Assembly: GCA_963849325.1 (NCBI GenBank)
Contig: CAWKHF010000002.1
Location: forward strand, 704,001-768,000
Reading direction: 5' to 3'
DNA: 64,000 nt
Source of the DNA: an uncultured Planctomycetota bacterium
GTDB taxonomy: Bacteria; Planctomycetota; Planctomycetia; Gemmatales; Gemmataceae
Shown here: positions 56,470-64,000 of the stretch, piece by piece
How positions within the stretch are numbered: the stretch's first letter is position 1
How the letters are laid out: each line of letters starts with the position of its first letter
Notes under the pieces: generated by a model
Seen by the model: the letters and a program-made list of their open reading frames with translations, nothing else
What the model was told of the DNA's origin: nothing
Databases searched by the model: none
Made by a program: the position numbers and the translations under genes

Positions 56470-59403
56470 GTGAATGCTGCTTCTGGGGTGCCGCACGGGC
56501 AGGACGCCATGCCGGGTCCGGCCCTGTCGCCGGCCGAGGCCATCAAGAAGATGACCGTGCCGCCGGGCTTCACCGTCGAGCTGGTCGCCGCCGAGCCGGA
56601 CATCGTCAACCCGGTGGCCATGACCTTCGACGAGCGCGGCCGCATCTGGATCACCGAGAGCCTGGAGTATCCGCGCCGCACCGCCGGCCCTGGCCGCGAC
56701 CGCATCAAGGTGCTGGAAGACACCGACGGCGACGGCAAGGCCGACAAGTTCACGATCTTCGCCGAGGGCCTGAACATCCCTTCCGGCATCGCCGTCGGCC
56801 ACGGCGGCGTCTGGGTCGCCAATTCACCGGACATCCTCTTTTACAAGATCGGTCCCGACGGCAAGGCGGCCGGCAAGCCGGAGGTCGTCGTCACCGGCTT
56901 CGGCCGCAGCGACACGCACGAACTGCCCAACTCGCTGACGTGGGGACCGGACGGCTGGTTGTACGGACTCAACGGCGTCTTCAACCCCAGCCACGTCAAG
57001 CAGCACGGCAAGGATTTCGTCTTCACCTGCGCCCTGTTCCGCATTCATCCCCGGACGCGCGAATTTCAGCTTTTCTGCGAGGGCACGAGCAACCCGTGGG
57101 GCGTCGCCTGGGACCAGGAGGGCAGCGCCTTCGTCAGTGCCTGCGTTATCGATCACTTGTGGCACCTGACCGAAACGGGCTACTACCATCGCCAGGGCGG
57201 GCCGTATCCGCCGTTCACCTGGCCGCTCGGCTCCATCGTCAAGCACCGCCATCAGAAGGCGGCGTACTGCGGCCTCCACTTCTTCGACAGCGACGCCTAT
57301 CCGCCGGAGTATCGCGAGAAACTGTACATGGGCAACATTCACGGCAATTGTGTCAACTGCGACGAGCTGAGCCGCGACGGCTCGACATACTTCGCCCGTC
57401 CACGGCCGGACTTCCTGTCCGCTCACGATGCCTGGTTCATGCCGGTGGCGCAGAAGACCGGGCCGGACGGATGCCTGTACGTCCTCGACTGGTACGACCG
57501 CTACCACTGCTATCAGGACGCCAACCGCGATCCGGCCGGCATCGACCGCCTGCGCGGCCGACTCTATCGCGTCCGCTACAAGGACACGCCGCGGGCGCCG
57601 AAGTTTGATTTGTCGAAAGAAACAGATGAACAATTGATCCGACGTTTGCACAGTCCCAATGGGTTCTTCCGCGACGTGGCTCAGCGGCTCCTGGGTGAAC
57701 GGAACGAGCCGGTGACGCGGGCAAAGTTGGAGAAGCTAGTCCTGGACAAAGGCGTCCCGCGCAAGGCTCGTATGCACGCTCTCTGGGCGCGGATCGGCAA
57801 TGGGCCGCTCGGTGCCGAGTTTCACGATCGACTGTTGCGCCACGAGGATGCGGGCTACCGGGCCTGGGGCGTGCGCGCCGCGGGCAACATGGGCAAGGTG
57901 GAAACAGCGATCCGCTCCAGGGTGCTCGCGCTGACGCACGATCCCGCGCCGGACGTGCAACTGCAGGTGGCCATCGCCGCCCGCAAGATCGAAGGCGTGG
58001 ACACGGTCCCGGTGCTGCTCGAGCTGCTGTCGGCGTGCGGCGACGACAAGCTGATCCCCGTCATCGTCTGGCAGAACTTGCATCCGCTGCTGGAGGACCA
58101 GGCCGAGCACTTCCTGCAAATCACCGCGAAAATGGACCTGACCAAAACTCCACGCCTGGCCGACCTGATGCCGCGTGTCGTCGAGCGCATTCTCGGGCGT
58201 CGCCAAACCGAGCCGAAACTGCTGGTGACTCTCTTGGGATTGCTGACGGAGGGGAAGTCGGCCAATCCGAAGGCGGCGGGGCGATGCCTGGCCGTTCTCG
58301 CCGGCAAAGTGCAGACCGGCGAGATCAACGGCGAGCAGGCGCGCTCGCTGCGCGATTGGCTCGGATCTCGACCTGCGCGAGCTGCTCGGGCAAGCCCCGT
58401 CCAACACCCTGCGGATTGACGCCGCTCTGCTGGCTGCCTCGCTCCGGGAACCGCTCGGCCTGGAGGTCGCTCGTCAGGGCTGCCAATCGAAGGACCAGCC
58501 CGAGGGAGTTCGCCTGCGGGCATTGGACGCTCTTATCGCCTCCAGGGATGACGGTGTCCTCGATGCGGCGGCCGTCATGCTCGCCGGCACGAACGGTTCC
58601 TCGCCCTCGTTCCGCGGCCAGGTGCTCGCCGCCCTGGGCAAGCTCGATGACAATCGCGTGTCATCGATCGTGCTGGCCGAATACGGCCGCATGGAGCCGG
58701 ACCTGCAGCCGCGCGCCGTCGAACTGCTGACCCAACGGACGGCCTGGGGCAAGCAGCTGGTGCGCGCCATCGCCGACAAGAAGATCCGGGCCGGAGCACT
58801 GAACGTCAACCAAGTGCGCAAGCTGCTGGCGAGCAAGGATCCCGAGTTGGTCAAGCAGGTCAAGTCGATCTGGGGCACCGTGCGCGAGGGACGCAACCCG
58901 GAACGCGAGAAGGTCGTCAAGGAGATGAACATGTTCCTGCGCAAGAATCGCGGCGATGCCAGGGCCGGCGCGGTCGTGTTCAAGAACCTGTGCGGCCAGT
59001 GTCACAAGATCCACGGGCAAGGCTTCGATGTCGGGCCTGACCTCACGGGCAACGGCCGCGCTTCTTCGAGCAGCTGCTGTCGAACGTCTTCGATCCGAGC
59101 CTGGTCATCGGCACGGCATACCAGGCGACGACGGTGCAAACCACCAGGGGCCGCACGTTGACCGGACTCGTCGTTGAGGACAATGCCCAGCGCGTCGTAC
59201 TCAAATTGCAGGGCGGTAAGCTGGAAACCATCCCGCGCGGCGATGTCGAGGAGATGAGTGTCAGCCAGGTGTCCTTGATGCCGGAAGGCATTGAAAAACA
59301 ATTGAAGCCAAAAGAGATCGCGGACCTGTTCGCCTTCCTGACGCTCGACAGACCACCGGACGATCCGACCGCCCGCCGCATCCCCGGCACCCCGTGGAAG
59401 TGA
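56395..59403 (+). CDS. PVC-type heme-binding (CxxCH) dehydrogenase-like protein: propeller, HEAT repeats, cytochrome c; frameshifts at about 58365 and 59060
   Basis: GFTVELVAAEP..VNPVAM.FDERGR.W, LEDTDGDGKAD, GPDGCLYVLDWY, CGQCH..GPDL, SLMPEG. Confidence 0.9.
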
Positions 59404-59411
59404 AGAGTGAA

Positions 59412-59531
59412 AAACCACGAATGACACGAATAACACGAATAAAGAAGCAAGACAGGCCGCTGCCATGAGTGCATTTCCCTACCGCAATGTTTTCCGTTGG
59501 TCATTCGTGTTATTCGTGTCATTCGTGGTTT
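59412..59531. mobile_element. MITE-like element, family C variant (CACGAAT subrepeats)
   Basis: AAACCACGAATGACACGAATAACACGAAT...ATTCGTGTTATTCGTGTCATTCGTGGTTT. Confidence 0.7.
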
Positions 59532-59561
59532 GTACTTCTTCTCCGGAATGTGGTCCTGGCA

Positions 59562-59588
59562 GGTAATTCTCCCCTCGCCGGCTCGACT
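59562..59588 (+). promoter_or_regulatory. Putative ECF sigma promoter, copy 1 (GGTAA-N17-CGACT)
   Basis: AGGTAATTCTCCCCTCGCCGGCTCGACT; same boxes and spacing as the copy at 59881. Confidence 0.6.
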
Positions 59589-59606
59589 TGGGAGGTAGGA
59601 GATGTC

Positions 59607-59830
59607 ATGGCTTCCAGGAGCACAGCAATGGATGCCGGATCGCGGGGACGTGCCGGGCATCGCGGAGAGCATGAGTTAAACGAGCTTCTACGCCGAGCCG
59701 TGGAACAGGCGCGTACAGCACCCATGCCGTCGCCTGCGCTGTTCGCGCCCTGGACCAATCGCGGCACATCCTGACTCCGTCGTCTCTGTGGCGGCGCTGG
59801 CTCGTGCGCGGCTCGGTTGGCCGTAACTGA
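59607..59830 (+). CDS. Small soluble protein (about 74 aa) resembling the anti-sigma N-terminus; one frameshift at about 59735
   Basis: AGGAG RBS; ELNELLRRAVEQARTAPMPS/AVRALDQSRHILTPSSLWRRWL resembles the N-terminus of the 60447 gene. Confidence 0.55.
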
Positions 59831-59880
59831 TTCCTCCGAGCGCGGCGTGGAAAAAAATCGTCCTGGATGTCGGCGGATGA

Positions 59881-59907
59881 GGTAACATTCTCCCGCGCCG
59901 TTCGACT
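59881..59907 (+). promoter_or_regulatory. Putative ECF sigma autoregulatory promoter, copy 2
   Basis: GGTAACATTCTCCCGCGCCGTTCGACT, about 45 nt upstream of the sigma start. Confidence 0.6.
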
Positions 59908-59951
59908 GGTAGGCAGGGAGTCCCATCCCGGACGCTCAGGAGATCCAAGCA

Positions 59952-60443
59952 GTGACCGACTGGGATCGCATTGTGCGCGAGTACGGTCCTTTGGTGTTCG
60001 CCACGGCCTGGAGGATCCTGGGCCACGCCGCGGACACCGAGGATGTGGTGCAGGAAGTTTTCTTGCAGGTCCACCAGTTGTCGCGGACGCATCCGGTGCG
60101 GCACTGGGGCGGCCTGCTGCGCCGCCTCGCCGCCTGCCGGGCGCTGGACCGCCTACGGCAGCGGCGCGGCACCGTCTCGCTCAACGGCCTGTCGCTCGTC
60201 GGACCCGGCGAGGGGCCGGAGGCGGCGGCCGTGGAGCACGAACTGGCCGAGCGGCTGCGCCTTGCCATCGCCCAGCTACCCGAGCGCGAGGCCGCGGTCT
60301 TCTGTCTTCGTTACTTCGACGATCTTTCCTACCAGGACATTGCGGACGCCTTGCACATCCGGATCGGCGCCGTGGCGTCGGCCTTGCACAAGGCCCGTCT
60401 CAAGTTGGAAACCTTTCTGCTGGAGACGGTGCCGGGAGAATAA
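59952..60443 (+). CDS. ECF RNA polymerase sigma-70 factor
   Basis: AGGAG RBS and GTG; DTEDVVQEVFL (region 2); LPEREAAVFCLRYFDDLSYQDIA...LHKARLKL (region 4). Confidence 0.93.
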   Translation: MTDWDRIVREYGPLVFATAWRILGHAADTEDVVQEVFLQVHQLSRTHPVRHWGGLLRRLAACRALDRLRQRRGTVSLNGLSLVGPGEGPEAAAVEHELAERLRLAIAQLPEREAAVFCLRYFDDLSYQDIADALHIRIGAVASALHKARLKLETFLLETVPGE

Positions 60444-60446
60444 CGA

Positions 60447-63400
60447 ATGGACGAGAAAACGCCTCCTGTGAATGAGTCAAACCCCATGCAGGAGTTGGGC
60501 GACGCCTTGCGTCCTGCTGTGGAGCAGGTGCGCGCTGCCGTGCCGTCAGCCGAAGCGGTGGCGCGTTCCGTCGATCGTGCGGAGAAACTTGGCCCGCCGC
60601 CGCGCCGACGTTCGCGCCGCTGGCTGGCCTGGGGCGCTGCCGCAGCCGCTGTCGCCGCCGTGGTTATCCTCGGTTATCAACTGTGGCCTCATCCGGTCCA
60701 GGCACCGCCGGAGCAAGTCGCTTTACATGAGTCGCAGTCGGCGCTGTCTACCTTCATGGCACAGGACAAGGACAAAGCCCCTAACAGCACAAGCAATACG
60801 ACTAGGACTGAGACGAAGAAGGACGCTACAACGAACCACTACCTGGATAGTACCACGGCAAACCAGTTCTTTGCCGAGTCGGGTGATCGCGTCGCCCCCA
60901 CCGGCGCCGCGGGGCCTCCAACATCTTCCGGTGCGAGCGGCGGCCGGGGCGGAGTTCCACTCGGAGAAAATCGAGCGAAGGGGGCGCCGGCAAGTTCAAC
61001 CCCGGCGGCGAACAAGTCCGTCTCTGGCCGAAGTTCCATCACAAGGGACGACAGTGGACGGACAAATCGGAGAGATATAGATGGAAAAGTTGCCGCCGAC
61101 GGGAAGAAAGCGAAGTACGCCCCCCAGGCCGAGGGGGAGCGGCTGTCGGAAGGAGATCGGGCGAAAGCCGTGGACGAACTGAAACAAGCCCAGGAGTTAT
61201 TTGAGTTCCGTAGGAAAGAGACGGTTCGTTTTCGGGAACTGGCCGAGAAGAAGGCCATTGATGTGCCGCGTGGTCGATGATATGGAGGAGAAGCTCCGCG
61301 AGGCGGAGCAGCGAGTGAAGGCGCTGGCGAAGCGGCTTCCGGCCGAAATAAGACCGACGGGCCAGAAGCCCGAAGAGAAGAGTCCGCAAGTCTGGCACCG
61401 CGACCGCAGCCGTCCGACCTTCGCCCGCGTCTACGTCGGCGACGGCAACGCCCTGGAGTTGGTCAGCCTGCACGTCAGCGTCACCATCGAGGGGCCGCGC
61501 GCGCGCACCGTGGTCGATCACGTCTTCCGCAACCCGCACGACCGGCAGCTGGAAGGCACGTTCGAATACCCGCTGCCGTCGGGGGCCAGCCCCTCCTACT
61601 TCGCCATGTTCCTCGGTCAGACGCGCGACACTGCCCCGGCGCGCTTCAACCGACGCGGAGATCAGCAACCATTGCCGGCTGATGCCCTGGCCCGGCTGAC
61701 GCCGGCGGAGCTGGTCAAGCAGGTGGACACGACCGACTGGGGCCGCTTGCAGGAAGCTCGCATCGTCTCGAAGGAGAAGGCACTGGAGACGTACGAGGAG
61801 GTGGTGCGCGGCCGCATCGATCCGGCGCTTCTGGAGTACGCCGGCGGCAACACCTTCAGCGGCCGCGTCTTCCCCATCCCGCCGAAGGGCTACAACCGCG
61901 TCATCCTCGCCTACGAGGAGTTGCTGCCCTTCGCTCAGGAACACATGATCTATCGCTTCCCACTGCCCGACCGCAAGCTGAACGAACTGCAGTTCACACT
62001 CCAGGCCCGAGCCGACGAGTGTCTGAAACCGTCGTTCCTGCCCAAGGACGCCGGCAAGGACGAGAGCAACGGCCGCGTCACGTTTTCGCGGACCTGGAAG
62101 GACAGCAAGCCGGAGGGAGAGGTCGTGTTCGCCTGCACGCCGGCGGACCCGCAGGTGCAGGCCGTCAGCGGCCGGCAGGGCGACAACGGCCCGCGCTACC
62201 TCTACGCCCGCCTGCGGCCGCAGCTCAAGACGGTGGCCAAGGACAACGCCTTCGCATCGCACGCCGTCTTCCTGCTCGACACGTCGCTGAGCGAGCATCC
62301 CGAGCGCTTCGACGTCAACGTCCGACTGCTCCGGAAAATCCTGGAGACCGACCCCGACATCAAGCACTTCAACGTCCTGACCTTCAACGTCGGCGCCGCC
62401 TGGCTTGATCCCAACGACTGGATGGACAACAGTCCCGCCGGCCGCGAGAAGGCGCTGAAGAAGCTCGACGGCCTGGTGCTGGAAGGCGCCACCGACATCT
62501 CGTGCGCCCTGGAAAAGCTCGTCCGGCCGGGTTTCGATGTCGCCGCCGGGACGAACCTGGACGTGTTCCTGCTGTCCGACGGCCACATCACCTGGGGCGA
62601 GCCGGACGTGGCGGCGCTGGTGGCGCGCTTCGAGCAGCGCTGCCCGTATGCGACGCGCTTCCACTGCTACCGCACCGGCCTGGGCGAAGAGAACGGCGAA
62701 CTGTTCGAGGCGCTGACGCGCAAGGGCGGCGGCGTCTTTCAGTGCTTCGGCGAAGCCGAACTGGAGGCAGCGGCGCGAGCGCACCGCAGCCAATGCCTGC
62801 AGCGTCGAGCGCGTCCGCTTCGTCGGCGGGCCGGAAGCGAGGGACGTCCTGGTAGCGGGGCGTCGCGCCGCCGTCTACCCCGGCGGCGAGCTGGTCGTGG
62901 CCGCTCGCTTCAACGGGACGGGCCGAAGTACCATTGTGGTGGAAGGCGACTTCGCCGGCCAGAAAATGGTGCAGGAGTTTCCCGTCGAGATCCAGAGCGG
63001 CGGCGAGCTGGCCCCTCGCGCCTGGGCCGAGGTGGCCGTGGCGTCGCTGCTGGCCCTGCACGACAGCAACCTCGATCCGTTGGTGACAGCCTATTGTCAG
63101 CAGTTCGGCATCGTCAGTCGGGCCGCCTCCTTCCTCGTGCTGGAGAACGAGGCCGACTACAAGCGCTTCAACCTGGAGGCGGAGCGCGGCAAAACGCTGG
63201 CCGGCGACCTCGGCGTTTTCCTCGCCGACGTGTGGGCGCGGCTGGGCAAGGCCGTCCCCGCCGGCAAGGAGTTCGAGCGCTTTCTGACGCAGGTGGACAA
63301 GCGCGTCAACCTGCTCAACGGACCCGGCGGCGCCCACGTCAAGCAGATGCTTACCTTGCTCAAGGAAGGCGACTTCGAGCTTCCGGCCGGCTCGGTCCAG

Positions 63401-64000
63401 GGCGGACTCGTCCACCGCACGGACAAGGGCGTGGGCGACTATCTCGGCGAGCGCGAGCGCGACCGCCGCAACGTAGCCGTGTATCTGAAGGAAGCGCGGC
63501 GCCGCGCCGAGGCGGGCGACGTGGACGGCGCCGTCCGCGTGCTGTCCAGCATCATCGAGGAGTATCCGACTCGCGGCGACGCCCTGCGCCTGGTCGGCTA
63601 TCGACTGGTCGATCTGGGGCAGGCGGCGCAGGCGGCGCGGCTGTTCAGCCAGGTGCAGAAGCAGCGGCCGTTCGAGCCGCACAGCTACCGCGACCTGGCC
63701 CACGCCCTGGAGGAGAGCGGCAAGTTCGGCCTGGCCGCGATCAACTACGAGATCGTCCTGGCCGGCACCTGGCACAACCGTTTTCGCGCACGAACTGAAG
63801 CTCGTGGCCCAGGAGGAATACGCTCACATGATGCAGGAAGCCATTCGCCGCAAGGCGATCAGCCCGAGCCTGGCCAACCACTTCGGCGAGCGGCTGGAGC
63901 AGATGGCCCGGCCGCAGCCCAGGAGCGACCTGCGCGTCACCATCTCGTGGAACACGGACGCGACCGACGTGGATCTGTGGGTGATCGAGCCGGACGGGAC
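60447..64000 (+). CDS. Anti-sigma-like TM protein fused to VIT, vWA, TPR and DUF2135-like domains, 3'-truncated; frameshifts at about 61260, 62800 and 63790
   Basis: TM WLAWGAAAAAVAAVVILGY; VIT RARTVVDHVFRNPHDRQLEGTFEYPLP; vWA VFLLDTSLS and LLSDG; DLRVTISWNTDATDVDLWVIEPDG at the window end. Confidence 0.8.

Overview
GC-rich bacterial DNA that looks like a planctomycete (Gemmataceae-like): it has DUF1559, DUF1549/1553, DUF1501, a PVC-type heme protein and LExLExR-LL export signals. About 25 otherwise intact genes are split by single-base frameshifts, which points to an uncorrected long-read assembly, so genes are reported rejoined. The most interesting locus is about 19.7-33.9 kb. One minus-strand run encodes a small exported beta-protein, a class I terpene-synthase-like enzyme, a 6TM-HAMP hybrid sensor kinase, a second hybrid kinase with HPt, a REC-HD-GYP regulator, IspH and a FadL-type outer-membrane channel. 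A divergent unit encodes an atypical RibB and a cation/H+ antiporter. The layout parallels RpfF/RpfC/RpfG quorum sensing but is built around an isoprenoid, so it is a candidate terpenoid cell-cell signalling system (inference). Other points of interest are an ECF sigma locus with a duplicated promoter and a soluble mini anti-sigma paralog, an attC-bearing cassette block that separates DUF1553 from DUF1501, and three dispersed palindromic repeat families, one of which may supply a signal peptide. The window also holds a SBP56-SCO pair, a Ser/Thr kinase-REC-HD-GYP fusion and a phhA-hppD-hmgA operon. No rRNA, tRNA, CRISPR array or transposase was recognised. Family assignments come from motifs recognised by eye; no database search was run.
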